A stretch of DNA of 64,000 nt from the human T2T-CHM13v2.0 reference genome, Homo sapiens. Both the position numbers and the translations under genes were made by a program. Location: NCBI RefSeq assembly GCF_009914755.1, contig NC_060925.1; one strand, 5' to 3'. This document shows positions 39,271 to 54,154 of the stretch, in pieces (the first letter of the stretch is position 1; each line of letters begins with the position of its first letter). The notes under the pieces are model-generated. The model did not search any database, was not told the DNA's origin, and saw only the letters and a program-made list of their open reading frames with translations.

Positions 39271-42200
39271 ATAGAGGAACTTCCTATACAAACTGCAGTT
39301 TATAAGAGTTTACAGGGTTCTTTTAAGGATAAATGAAATAGCATATGTGAAAAGGCTTTGTAAGCTAAAGTCTCCTTTGACAAATACCTAAATCTTTATT
39401 CTTTCCACAGAAGTTACCAGTATTACCAGTGGTGTATTTTTTCACCTAGCTATGTAAATATACTCATTAAAATATCATATTATTTTATATGAACTTTTTA
39501 AAATAGTGAATGGCATAATAATATTAAAAACAAAAACACTCTGTGATATGTAAAGTTCTGTCTATGTGTGAGATTATTATTACTTGGGAGTAGGAATTAA
39601 GGGACTCAAAACAGATGACAAATTACACATTTTTGCAGTAACTGTGTACCCTAACTTCAGAATTACCCTGAATATCCCTCTTTGGAGAATGGAGCGCCTT
39701 ATAAAATTAGAAATAAATGCAATTTCCTTAAGTTTGAGGCAAAGATTGGGAAGATGAAATTAACTTTCCTAAGAGATAGTCTGTTTCGTTTGCCATTCTC
39801 CGTGTGTTCTGAAGGATTCTGGTAAGATTTATATTCAATTTCTGAAAAAAAAATGCTGATAGTTATACATTCAGAACATCACAAAACAAGATATTTTCTC
39901 AGTCTTCTAGACAGTCAATTCTTGTATCTACTTCTAGATTCTGATGTCAAAGTTGATGTAAATTATAACTCATTGCTACTTGTTTCTAAAACATTTGACT
40001 ATTTCTAAACTACCTCACTGAATATTTTACCTCTATTTTCTGTGTATGATAACATATAGCACTAACTTCAACATTTTCTTGCATTAATAACATTAGTTGG
40101 CTTTTTTGAAATGCTTTTTCCCTGTTGAATGCTGCTTATTACCTTAAAGGTAGATTGTGCCACTTTCTCATTTAAAGACCTTGTACTATTATTGTTTTTG
40201 TACTTTTGCCAATTTTTATATAATTTTGAGGTCTCCATCAATATTTTTAAATTAATTATGATTTCTAAACAAGTTAAAATAGGCCTATAATTGGTTCATT
40301 GTAGTTTAACCCAATAAATCTAGCAAGTAAAATTGAAGGATTGAGTCAATGAAGCCATACTGGGATATCATTGCCAATTTAGCTATCAAAAGTAATCCAT
40401 TATGATGTAGTTTATTATAAAGTACATTTTACACATTAATTATTAATCCACAGTGCAAAGCTTTTACCAAAAGCCTGTCCTTGATTGCTTTGTTTTCCCA
40501 TACTTAAGCAGTTAGATTCCACAGTTTTGTAATCTAAGATTAGTATTCGGCGCCTTGATCAAATTCCCAAAGTTCTGTAATGTCTCCTTTTATTGCCAGT
40601 AAATCCAGATGGAAGCCGCTTTTAGTGTGGTTATTAAGTGTGAGTTTATTAATGTTATCTATTAAGCCCACACTACACATTGCTCATATAAGGACTTTCA
40701 GAATCACACTTGATAAATGCACCGTGCAAGTCTAAAAGGTTTAAGAACAAAATTAAGACTTTAATATATAAATTAGAACACTGGTGGTGCGCAAAAGCAT
40801 CTTGGACACGGGGTTCTGACTCATTAATTATATATTAGAGTGGAGCCTCTCATCAGTAAAGTTTCTTAAACTATAAGCACAAGTTTCCAAAATGGACCTT
40901 AACTAAAACTCAAGGAAAAGGAGAGAAATTAAGCTAGTCAGAAAAATATTAGTTCCTCACATGGGATTTGGAATGAGGGATGGATGGGGCCCCTGTGTCA
41001 GGTGGCAAATTTATATTTGTCCACTGTCAGGAGGCAACTTATGCCAAGCTGCCGGAATTATCTGTTTTTGTCAAGCATTTCTACATGAGACTAACATAAA
41101 ATTAATATTAGCACATCCTACATAGTTGCCCAGAAAATAACTTTCACAGGGGGAAGCATGTGGTCTCCAACTGTTGATCCTTTCACTATAGACCTGGAAA
41201 AAGTCACCTTGTTTACATCTCAAACTTTAACCAACATACTAAGAAAAAAAAATAAAATCAACAGTAGATGGAGTGTTTATTATGTTTTAATGTCCCTAGA
41301 ATTCTTCTGATATTATTTCGTTGAATCGTTTTACTTTAAAAATCAAGTTCATTTAAAAAGCTAGGAAAGACAGTGGCCATTATTGTTGCAGAGATCCTGG
41401 AATGAAGTCCTGACATGTGCACTCACTGGAAAATCAAACTTGTCTAGAACTCCATCTCATGGGTGATGGTACTGGAGATCAGCCCACCCCAACTCTACTG
41501 CATTCCTCCTCAGAAAGACTCTGAGCTCAGTGGAGATCAAGGACACCTGTGTCCACCCAGGCAATGTGGGAAAAGGTCAAGGAGGCACAGGGTCAGGCTG
41601 ACTTCCCCACCTAGGGGCAAGGGCTGGAGGAGAGACTGGTTTTTAGAATAGCATGATATGGAACAACAAGATGGTCCTCTGCCTGCACCCCACCTCCTCG
41701 CCAGAGTCCACAGCCAAAGCCACAGATATGAGACACCCATAATAAACAATGAGTGGAATAAAGCCCTGTGTTATTGAAGGCTCTGTAAGAAACAGAGCCC
41801 AAGCCAAATGTGTTTTGTGGCCTGGTACCAGGTCTTGACACAGGTGAGAGGAAGGTGTGCATCCACTTTGACAGGGGCTGGGGGCTGCACGGGTGTGCAG
41901 CTATGGCAACACCTAAAGTGATGGTGGTGTCACAGTCCCATCCGCAGGTGTAGGAGCCCCATTTGGGAACAGGAAGAGATAATGTCATAACGTTGTCATA
42001 CAGAAGATTCTTTTCCCTTACCCCTACCCCTACTCAGAGACTTCTTGCAAAAGTCAGAAAGGATTTAGGGCATGGGTGAAAGAGATTAAACCAAAATTTA
42101 CTCTTTGACTCTTCCTGGGGCCTTATTATACACCCTTGATTGTGTGCCATAGAACATTCGAATTGCATTTCTCTTTCCTCCTCTGAACATGTAGCATTCA

Positions 42201-44164
42201 TTAGCGGCATCTAAAGTAGCAGAGAATTCAACCTGAAATGTGGAATCCAAACAGAATCCCCATACTTAAACCAACACGCTGCTCTGAGAAATGTTCTATG
42301 AATGATTGTTGTTCATGACACTACAGCAAGTCATTTGCTTAATGTACGGTCATAATAAAATGTTGGGATGATTGGCTTTTAAATTTACCTCTATTTTTTG
42401 CTTCTTATTTTTCTAGTCTTTGTCACTTCTTGAAAGTGCTTAGATAAGGAATCATTAATCTAAAAAGAGTAAAGATTTGTTACTTTACTTGATATTTGTC
42501 AGCAGGATTCACCCCCAAATCTACAAGTCAAAATAACTCTGGGCAGCTGTAGGTGACCTCTCTGGCCATCACAAGAGTAAAATGAGGCCCTCTCTTTCTA
42601 TTGTAAAGGGACTTAAGATAGGACAGTTGAACCAATGCCTCACCATAAAGTGCAAAGGGAGTGACAGGAAGAGTGACAGACAGATTAAAGAGTAAGTAGT
42701 GTTTAGCAATTTGGGGTGACAGCACTAAAAATTTTCAGCACCAGGCCTGTTTAGGAATGACAGTATGCAGCTGAGAACAAGGCAGCTTACCCATTATAAA
42801 GAGGAATTTGTGTGTGAACTTAGAAACAGCAGTCCTCAAAACTGGAAGAAAAAATGTTTACATGTTATTTAAGTAGCTGCCTATTAAACTTTTATATAGT
42901 TTTCAAATTGCCTATTGCCACATTTCATCATTAACCCAATGTTTAAATCATTGCTTTCAGACAGATTTTTGTCTCATTGTTCCTATAGAGATGTCACTAG
43001 AAATTGGATTTAGCATCCATTTGTTGTTCTCATTGTCATTTTTCCAACCAATGGACTGTGCTATTAGAGACGCCAGCTTCCTACTAAAAAAAAGCATTAA
43101 GGTACTCTTTAGTAAGGTTCTCTGTGCTTACGATAACAAATGACACCAAAACTTGTATTAATCTCACTACGGATAATCACTTATTGAGCACTTACTATGT
43201 ACTAGAAATCAGGCTAAGTACTTTGTACTCATCATCTGTCTCTAACATGTATAATGGGCACTCAATAAATGTGTGTTGGTGGAAGACAGCAATGAAGAAG
43301 GAGGGAGGAAGGGAAGAAAGGAAGAAAGTTTCATTGTCACTTATACTGAGCACTTTCCTATAAGTCATTTTGAGAACTAGTTGAACAGGTAGAAATATTC
43401 CTTCCTTCATTGGGATTTATTGAAGCAGGTCCCAAACCAGGCTGAAACATGCCCAAATTACCTTTTGATTTTTGCACTTACTGTCGTCCATCATAAATAA
43501 CTCTGGTGCCAACAACTTAGATTAATAACTCAGAAGTAAATAAGTAAACAAAACTGAGTTTTCCTCACTACAGAGAAACTCTAAAATGAATCCAGTTATC
43601 ATAACCTCCTTGGTTCCCCTTTACATTTTTCACCCCAAAGATTTGAAGTCGAGAGGCAACCCCTAAGGTGTAAACAACAAGAGATTATTCATAGATGGTA
43701 TAAACAGAAGATGAGGGCAAAGGTCCAGGCCAGGACCCAGTTGTCATCTAAAGAGACAGATCATTCCCAAAGCCTGCCCAAACATTCATCACAAACAGGT
43801 TTGGGAATGTTTTAAATGGCTGTGAGCCAGGTTTTTGCCTTGTCCATATTCCAAAAAGTTAATCCATCCCAGTGCCATAAACTTTCAAATAACAATAAAA
43901 ATGATTTGATTATAAGATGGAAGGGGGAAAATAATGACGAGCCTTCCAATGACTCAAACAGAGCCTGAGTCATCGGGGTCAAGGAGAAACTAGACATATT
44001 ACAGATTGAATTTCAACAAGCTATATGGGATAATTTCATGACTAAAGATGAAGCTGAATTATACTGCCTCCAGCACCAAAGTGTTGTGCATATTTACCGT
44101 TCAGGGTTTTTGTTCATTTGTCCTTTTCGTTTTTGTTTTTTGTTTGTTTTTATTTGTCGTTGTT

Positions 44165-44232
44165 GTTTTTGAGACAGGGTCTCACTAAATCACCCCAACT
44201 GGAATGCAGTGGTGTGATCACATCTCACTGCA
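44165..44232 (-). mobile_element. Short 3' Alu (J/FRAM-like) fragment
   Basis: gagacagggtctcact...tgcagtggtgtgatca...ctcactgcagccttgacctcctgggctc, with a T-rich tail. Confidence 0.85.
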
Positions 44233-45069
44233 GCCTTGACCTCCTGGGCTCCAGTTTTTGTTTTTTGTTTTTTCCTATGCTGGTGTTTCACTTAAAAGCA
44301 CAGAATAACTATGCTCTGTATGCTACAAAATGAAATATATTCCCTTTTATTTCTATTGTTTTTGAGGGATCTGGTGAGGAATGTTGACGTTAACTATTAT
44401 TGATCATGTTATTATTACTATTAATACCACCTTTAAGCTAGTTCTTACATCCATATATTTTCACCTGCCAAACAGTAAAGGCAAACAGTCATTCCTGTGT
44501 TTTTTTGTTTGTTTGTTTCTTGCTTTGCCCTCAACCCAGGCTAGTTCCAAACAAGTTTCCACTCAACTCCTAACCCATAGCCTGAACTTTCATTTGCTGC
44601 TCCATTCCTATCCTTTCCAGCTTGATATTGGAAAATAACATATAAGTATCTTAACAGATGCAAAAAAAAGTATTTAGTACTCATTCAAAATTTAATTTTA
44701 AAACTCACTAAAATTATGACTAGAAATAACTTTTCTTAACCTGAGAAATGATATCACCCTAGCCTGTAGCAATCATCACATTTAATGACAAAATTATAGA
44801 ATAGTTTTCATTTAAATTACAAGCAAAACAAGGTGCTCATTATCTTACTATCACTGCTTCTATTCAACATTATACTGAAAGTCTTACAACAATAACAAGG
44901 CTTACCCTACAATAATAAGGTAAGAAACTGAAATAAAATATATAAAAATTAGAAAAGACAACATTACCTTTTCTATACAATGTGATTATCTAAACAGTAT
45001 ATTCAGGATAGTCTACAAACTATTGAAACCAATAGGAGTTCGGCAAAATTGCTAAATAAAAGTCACCTG

Positions 45070-45741
45070 ACTAGATTACACATTGAATTCTTACTGTGGA
45101 CCAGGCATAGTTCTAAGGATTTTCCATATATTTTTGACTAATAATATTAACTAATCTAATACAACAGCCCTTAAAAATGATACAGTTATTATCAGAGTGA
45201 TACAATTATGTCAGAGAAAACTGAAGCACAGGAAGGTTAAGCAACTTGCTGTTATAGGTTGAATTGTGCTCCTCAAAAAAGACATTTTAAAGGTAACCCC
45301 CATTGCCTTATCAAATATCAGGTCTTTGCAGATATAATCAATTTAAGATAAGGTCATTTTAGGGTATGCCCTAGTATAATATGACTGATGTCCTTGTAAA
45401 AGAAGGGAAATTTAGGCACAGACACACACAGGAGAACATCATGTGACAACAAAGGCAGAAATTGGAGTTATGCAGCTACAAGCCAAGGGAAACCAAAGAT
45501 TGCTGGCAATCACCAGAAGCTAGGAAGAAAAAAAGGAGGGGTTTCCTACAGTTTTCAGAGGGAGATGGCCTTGCTGACACCTTAATTTCAGACTTCTAGC
45601 ATCCAGAACTGTGAGACAATACATTTCTGTTGTTTAAAGTCACCCAGTTTGTGGCACTTTGTTATGACAAATCTAGGAAACTAACAAACTTGTCATGGGT
45701 CACACAGCTAGTAAAATGACAGAGCTGGGACATAACATCAG
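45070..45741 (-). mobile_element. MIR inserted in L1M and split by MLT1C
   Basis: gaaaactgaagcacaggaaggttaagcaacttgc | MLT1C | cttgtcatgggtcacacagctagtaa. Confidence 0.8.
45250..45688 (+). mobile_element. MaLR solo LTR (MLT1C-like)
   Basis: tgttataggttgaattgtg...caagccaaggg...caccagaagctaggaaga...gaaactaacaaa; 5-bp TSD cttgc/cttgt. Confidence 0.88.
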
Positions 45742-45870
45742 CATACCAAAACCAATACTCTGCACATCAGTTAAAACCAAATTAGAAAATATAGCATAAA
45801 AACAGATACTATTCACAATTATATAACTACAAAGTTATATAAACAAATATAATAAATAACATTCAGGATA

Positions 45871-46522
45871 CAGTCCATTCTCATTATTTGTAGTGATTAT
45901 GTTCCATAAAGTTGCCACACACAGTGAAGTAGCAAATACTGAACTATTGCTCCTAGGGGAAATACAGGATTAGGTTCCTGTGAACCTCTGGCTACAACAT
46001 TTTTGTCAACCAATCAATACATAAGCTTGTTTTATGTGTGTTTCTGTTTCAAGACTCCTTATTTAATAAATATTGTTGATTCACTAACATTGAAGTCACA
46101 GCCAACAGCACTACAGCCCAGGCCTGAACAAAACTTATTTAACACATGTATTTTTCCTGTAAAGCACAACACAACTGCCTAGCATTGAGAAACATAGACA
46201 GCAGATCAGCACAATGCTTGAGGGGCATTTTAAATAGCAAAATCACCAATAAAAAACATAAAAGTGTGAAAAACATGGTACTATTAGCCACAAAAAGGAC
46301 ACGTTTTCAGTATGAGAGCAGAAGCAAGAAGGCAGAGCACCACCTTGTTGGAACTCAGCTGAGAACGTACATGTGTGCCAGACACTCAAATATTTCAGCA
46401 CTCTGCTCATGTCAGTGAATGACCATGAAAGCACAGCAAGTATTGACTTGGAGGTTGCAAATAAGTTTTAGGAAGTAGGCAAATTCACAAATATGGAATC
46501 TTTGAATAATGAGGACTAATTG
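45871..46522. mobile_element. TcMar-Tigger MITE (MER82-like), full length
   Basis: TA-flanked; imperfect TIRs cagtccattctcattatt ... aataatgaggactaattg; 652 bp. Confidence 0.85.
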
Positions 46523-46923
46523 TATTTATGGAGAAAATTACAAAACTTCATGAAAAGACAAAAAAAAAGGAAATCTTAATAAATGGAGATGGCATATGGT
46601 CATGAATAGGAAGGCTCAACTTTTAAGATGTCAGTTTTACCACAAATTAATCCCAGCAAAATCCCTAAGAGTATTTTTGCAGAATTTGACAAGCTGATCC
46701 TAAAATTCATGGGGAAAAGTAAAGAACCAAGAATCAGTAAAATAACTCTGAAAAACTTATTCTACCAAATATGACAACTTAGAATAAAGCTATATTAATT
46801 AAAATAGTGTGATTTTAAAAACAAGGCAAGGAAAATAGGACATGGGAACAGAAGAGGGAGACCAGAAACTGACATAAACCTGTATAAAAATGTTGTGTAT
46901 GTCTGAGATGGTGTTAAAAATCA

Positions 46924-47227
<304 letters not shown>

Positions 47228-48154
47228 TCAATGGATAAAAATTATTCAGAAAACATGATCAGGAGAACTAAGTTATCCACATAGAAAAAAAGATAGATCC
47301 CTATCTCATGTTATGTCAAAAAATAAATCTAGGGAAAACAGTGAGAGACCCAAATGTAAAAAACAAAAACATTTAGAAAAAATAGAGAATATACCTTAAA
47401 GATTTCTAGGAAGTAATTAATCTACTTAGTAGAACAGAATAAAGCACAAACCATAAAGGAAAATATGAATAAATTTGACATTACATTTTTTAAACTTCTG
47501 TTCAATAAAAGATATTACACAGTGTTAAAATGCAATCCATGGCTAAGATAAAATATTCACAATGCACATTAACAAAAAGTTATTATAAAAACTTCGTATA
47601 GAAATTCTACAAATGAATAAGAAAAGGACAAAAACTGATTAGAGAAATAGACGAAGGATATAAACATGTAAAAGATACCAAACAACAATAGTAATCAGAT
47701 AGATGCAAAAACTCATTAAATTTCATTTTATACTCATTTGGCAAAAATTAGAAAGTCTGATAATCACACATGTTGGTAAAAATGTGAAAGAACAAGAACT
47801 TTCAACACTGCTGGTAGAAATTGAATTGGCAGAGACATATTGAAGAGCAATTTGGTAATACCTACTAAACCGAAAGCTGTGTATAACCTTATACTCTGCA
47901 ATTCTTGGTGTAGCCCCTGAGGAAGCTTTTCCACATGTGCACAAGAAGACATGTACAAGAATGCATACAGCAGCATGATTTGTAACAGCAAAACATCTAG
48001 AAATTATTTAAATATCTATCAACAGATTTGATTAATTATGGTCACAGTCACACAATAAAATACCATAAAGGAGCTCAAATGGATAGCTCCAAATAATGAT
48101 AATAATAAGGTACAGAAAGATGTGTAAGAATTCCCTTTATATAAAGTTTATAAA

Positions 48155-48157
<3 letters not shown>

Positions 48158-48186
<29 letters not shown>
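48158..48186. repeat. (TG)14 microsatellite
   Basis: Directly visible. Confidence 0.95.
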
Positions 48187-48814
48187 CATAACAGTATAAA
48201 ACTTTCATGGGAATAATAAACAACAAATTTAGGACAGTAGATTTTTCTGGGAGAGGACACAATATTGAAGAGGGCTAGCCAATTAATATACAATTTCTCA
48301 CTATTTTTAAATCTATAGAAAGTATGGTAACACATTAAGAGTTGGTACAAGAGAGACCAGGTGGGTGTTTGCTATAGTCTCTACAACTTTCTGGTGAATA
48401 ATTGCAATATTCCATTTAAATAAAAAATGTTAAAGTGTGTTAAAGTCAGAAGGAACTCATCGGTTTAAGTCCTAAATTCAGCACTTGCTGTTAAAATTTA
48501 GAGCCTGCCATCAAGTTCTATAAATAAGATAATAGAATGTAAGAATTATACTTAATCCTCTAATTACTCTCAGCTTTAATCAAGCCTTTATTAACATAAC
48601 GTGTCTAGCTTGGGGTCTTAAAACCTGAGAGGGGATTTAGGGAAGAGTAATCAAAACAATGAAAAATAAGTAGGTGATATAAGGAAAGGCAATGGGAACT
48701 GGGATAATTTAGACTAGTGAAAGAATGCAAAGGGTGAATTATGTTGAGGTGAATGCACAGTTTGTTTCTTTTATATTCATGCCTATTCCTCAGTTAAGGC
48801 CTTACTAAAACTAG

Positions 48815-49374
48815 CTGTTCTGGCTGTCTATTGCTGTGTAACAAATCACTCAAAAATATAGTGGCTTAAAATAATATTAAGCATTGATTTTGCTCATGCA
48901 TCTTTAATTGGGTCAGGACTTCAGCTGGGGACAGCTCTTTGCTGATCCATATGGCATCAGTTGCAACAGCTCAGCTAAGGCTGGAAGATCCACTTTCACA
49001 ATGATTCTCACATGCTTGCAAAATGGTACTATTGGCTGAAGCTATGCCAGGACTGTGCCCATGATCCTCAGCTCTACTCTTTGTGGGTCTCTCCACAGGT
49101 TTCTTGGACTTCCTCCCAGCATGATGTCTGGGTTCCAAAAAGGAACATCCCATGGAGGAAGTGCATGACATTTTTATATCCCATCCTTAGAAGTCACAGA
49201 GCAACACTTTTGCCAAACTTATTGGTTAGGGTAGTCACAAATCGCTTCCCACTCACTTTCAAGGGAAGGAGACATACAAGCCAATTCTTAATGGAGGAGT
49301 GACATACCTATAGAATAACTTTGGATATGAAGATAGTATTGCATCCATCTTTGTAATAAATACAGTTTGCCACA
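48815..49374 (-). mobile_element. MaLR LTR (MLT1G/H-like)
   Basis: tctattgctgtgtaacaaatcac...ggctggaagatccactttc...tagaagtcacaga...tacagtttgccaca. Confidence 0.8.
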
Positions 49375-51600
49375 CCAACATCCTTCCTGAAATATTTCTC
49401 CAGGTCAATCTGTTATTCTTACTGCTGCCAAAACAGAGATCTGGTCACACCATTCTCTTGCTCTTAACAATAAGGGAGACTGTCCTCTGCATTTCATCCC
49501 CCCAAAACCAGATTTATTCTGTGGAACTGCATGCAAGTCTTCATGTAGTCAAAAGGTATATAATACTTCATGGAGTCAACAGGGTATATAATAAAACTTT
49601 TTACAGTTTTCTTGAAACATTCATGTCTATGACCAAAACTTAGAAAAGGCTTACCAAAAATATTAATGTTTTTGGATGCATTTCTACTTGAGTTTTATCT
49701 GAAATAATGTGACAGCACATTCATATTTCATGTAACCTGGTGTCAAGACCATGTACAGACACATCAGCAACCCAGGTGAATTTGGAGGAATTCACATAAC
49801 AATATTTCTGCCATCCTCTAGACATTCAAGTGAATGTAACTCATAAATCAAATCAGATTTTAAAATCCTTTTTAACCCAGAGAACTATAAGCTAGGCCTT
49901 GGAAAGTTTTTCTTTAAAGTTCTTCCGTTAAGTTACCTAATGTGGAATATTCAGCACGATAGTCAAAAGTGACAATATTTGTCGGTACAAGGATCTGTTA
50001 GTTGGCTTCACCATTAGGTTCCCACTTTCTCCCTACTCATCATTAAATAATGGTCTTCTTTTTTCACTAAACATGGAAAATTGACTACCATTTTTCACCA
50101 AAACATGTCCTACCCTTTCTGTATTGCTTAACTTGTTAAGCACACTACCAGAATGGATACCAGCAAAAACTGATCAGTATGTGAGATTAGTTTGTCCCAG
50201 GTACCAATTTAACTAAGATGGTTCTTGAACTCTACCTTCATTAGGTTGAACCATACTAAATTGCTGATAGTCTACCAATTTTGGCCAAGAAAATATGGAT
50301 ATTTCAAATGGTTCAATTTATAAGTGTTGGTCAGATTGAGAAATTTCCTTGCAAACCCCAAGAATTCAGGGAGTTGATTCAAAGTCAGTCTAGGATGAAC
50401 TCTAACTGAAGAATCAAACTGGTTTTTTTTTTTATGCATAAGGTTTGATATAAAAGCCCAGAAGGGTGGTACCACTGGCTCAAGTGAGTCAACCAGTTGT
50501 TGAGTCCTGTATGTGGACAAACTACCCACAGGAAAAAAGTAAATCCGAAATCCTTGCTTCTTGTTGTTGTTTTTGTTACTGTGTAAATTAGTCAGTACAA
50601 CTTAAATATGACAGCATGTAAGAAGAGGTTTAATATTATTGGATAAAGACTGGATTTTTTTAATAGACCAAATTTAACTGGAATGGTTAAAGATTTTGTT
50701 TCCTACACTGCGAAATGAAATGGAGAAACAAATCCTGATTGCCCCCCAGAAGTTAGAAGTAATGAAAAGAATCCTTAAGCAATTCTTAATAAGTGCTTAA
50801 TACTATAATCATGATCCATAAAATAGAGATCCACAAAAAATATGACCAAACTGATTGGCAATTATGATTAGTATAGCATAATAATAAGGCTGTGGCAGAG
50901 TTTAGGAGGTAACTGCCAATTTCAACTGCTACAAAAAAACCATATGCTAAGAAAATATAAATCAAAGAGATGTATAATTTAAAAACACATTAACTTTATT
51001 TGATAATCCTTGGGGATAAACAAAGGATTAGGATGAAGCTTTTGCGAGTGCTTTGGGGGAGTCAAAGTTTACCAGAATGGTTACATGTTTCCAATTAAGT
51101 TTTGGAATTTTTTTGTCTTAAAAGACATAAAAAGCCCCAGTTCTACTTAGTGTGCTCCAGGTTGAGTGATGTAACAATTAAATGATAAATATTATGTTGA
51201 ATCTAATATGCAAAATATATTACTCCAAACTTAAAGTGCAATAAGTAGCTGGTAGTATGGCCTTCTGGATCTGGGAGGAAGATAAACTGTTTTGTACACC
51301 CAGCCATCCAATTCCATCCCAACATTCTTTCCTCCAGTCACAACAGTGCTTGGCCAGAGAGAGAAATATGAGGACAAATTCACACCTCTTATTTTTTCAC
51401 ACGTGGCAACAAGAACCTCACGATCACTAACTCATTACATTTGAATCTGTACTGCTCATATTATATATAGTTTTCCCTATGTTATCTTTAAGTAACACAT
51501 TTAGCAGCATTTCTGAAAGCATGCTCCACACAGGTCCAGCTCCACAAGATGTTAATAAGTTTATTATGATATGAAAGAGTTTCATATCGCTGCTGAGTTA

Positions 51601-51964
<364 letters not shown>

Positions 51965-53175
51965 TTACAAAACTCCTAGGGTGTATATAGTATGTATCAT
52001 TTCCTAAAGTTATTTCAATCATGGAAAACATTTTGCAAAAATATCTCAACAAACTAGAACATACATTGTGAAACTCCAATTTAAGGCATTTCTGATAATA
52101 TTCTCTTGATATTAATGTAAATTATAGGTTTCTTTTTTTATTTTAATTTAAACTCACAGATATCTAACTATAGGTTTCTTAATGATAGCTGTCCTATCCA
52201 AGCTTATTATTTATCTCCCTCAGATTTTAATGACTTCTAAATATTTATGAGTTTATTTATTCAATAAACATTTATTAAATGCCTACTATGTTCCAAGCAC
52301 TAAGTTTAGACTTTGGAGACATGGGAATGAACAATTTTAAAAATGTCTCTTTCCTTATAGAACTTACATTATAGTTAGGGGAGGTACCAATTACACATAA
52401 AAAAGTGAGTGCTAATGAACAAAAATAAAAAACAGGATAATGAACTAGACAGTTTCCTGGAGTTGGGAGGAGTGATTACAACATTTTGGAAGGGTTATCA
52501 ACATGATTTTTCTGATAAAGTAACATTTGAACTAAAGGGGTATTAAATGAATCTTTTCCTTTCCTATTTCTCTCATTCTTTGTATTATTTTTAATCAAAA
52601 TAATACATGCAGATAGTAAAAAATAAAAATATACCAAAAAGTTTATAATAAAAAAATTACTGCCCCAACTCTCTTCATCTTAGCCCCAATTCCTGAAACA
52701 GCCTCTTTTAATAGTTTCTGACTTTTATTATTCTGACCATGACAGAAGACAAAAATAGAAGACATAGTGGCAGTTGGGAGAGCAATAAGATGGAAAGATC
52801 CCGGACCCCTCAATGATTTTCAAGCCACTATATCAGCCCTGAAGTTTCTACTTTAATGTGAGAGAGGAATACATCTTTCTTGGGTCTATGTTTTTTGGAG
52901 ATATCTGTCACTTGTAGCCAAACTCTAATTGATAGAGGATCAGATATCATAACCCCCGGCAATTAAAAGGAAAATATTCCAAGCATCCAAGTCAAATGTA
53001 TTATTTTTTCTCTATCTACAGTAATTGCTCAAAATCATGCTACATTTTCGTTTGCATCATATTTGAATTGTAACTTTCCTATACAGTTGTTTGTTTCTCC
53101 TTTTCTAATTCTCTTTTCTATTTTCTTATAAAGGAAAAAACATGCCTGCTTCACCCTGTCGTTCATGGCGGCAGC

Positions 53176-54154
53176 TTTTTTTTTTTTCTAGAAACAGAAT
53201 CGGGCCTTATTTTTGTTATTTTTAATACAGGTATTGTATTGCAGACAGCTCTTAGTCTCGCAGTTCAATATGGCAGATACACAGAAATTAAAGTAGAAAC
53301 AAAATGAGGGCACACTCACCCCTATCCTCTGGTTGGCACCCTCCAACCCTTAAAAGAACTGTCCTCCCGGTCATCATACCCTTTCCCTGCTACAAAAGAC
53401 AAAAAATAAAATAAAATAAAATGCCACCCCAAAGAAAAATCTCAGATGCTCTCTCCCTAGCAGTTAGTGGGACGAAGTGAGACACTGTTACCTTGGGTGG
53501 GATGGAGAAGCCACTAGGTCCATACCACGGAGGCCACGTGCACCACCACTGGAGCCAAACCCTGTCCATGGCCGTCAAAACTCGCCACCAGGCAAGACCA
53601 CAGTGTGTTATCCACCAGCAATCCCCGAGGTCCAACGCCACACAAGTCAGGCAGCCCTGAGACAGCAGGAGCCCTGTCCTCTGGGGATGCTGGTTCCAGA
53701 GGAGAAGGCCCGAGGACAGTCTCTTCAGAGAGGAGCTCACCAGGGAAAGGCGGTTCCTGAGGAGGCGTGCAAAGGTCAAGGGAGCCACCCTTGCCACCTG
53801 TCCCAGGGCTTACTGCTGACTCCACTGTCCTTGGAGTGCTGGAGTCTCTACACCACTCTGCTCGGGACTACTGCTTGAGGGCCGGGCCCAGCACACTTCG
53901 CCTCTGCGGTCTTGGGGCCCTCTTCCAAGTCTTTACAAGCAGCGTCTTGAGAGGTAGACAGTTTCCCTTCTTCACTTTTAAAGACCGCAGTCTCTGTCTT
54001 GGCATCTACAGTAAGGCTGAGCGTTTCCTTCATGCCTCCATTCATCACTGTCTCAGTTACCTCGTCTGTAATTTCTGCATCCTCCTCTCCATCCGAGCTG
54101 GCTTCCATGGCCACATTGCCTGGTGCTTCTGGCTGAGCTGCCAGGGCAGCTGCA
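53176..54154 (-). pseudogene. PPP6R3: 5'-truncated processed pseudogene of PPP6R3 (SAPS3): C-terminal coding part plus 3'UTR
   Basis: Translation [61 protein letters not shown] matches my recollection of the PPP6R3 C-terminus. No introns; poly(A) (T12 at 53176-53187); ATTAAA upstream; TSD ggcggcagctttt/ggcagcagctttt; apparent 1-nt frameshift near 53877. The symbol is that of the parent gene. Confidence 0.88.

Noticed and set aside
42734-42755. REST/RE1 site (ttcagcacca; also tcagcacc at 18102)
   Set aside because: Only the left half-site matches; no GGACAG right half.
49900-51100. Possible CR1/L3 or coding remnant (ORF 50272-50529)
   Set aside because: Resemblance too faint to support; needs a Dfam or tBLASTn search.
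53848-54114. 88-aa ORF as a functional gene or a true PPP6R3 exon
   Set aside because: 5'-truncated at a TSD, frameshifted near 53877, intronless and carrying a poly(A) tail: a retrocopy.
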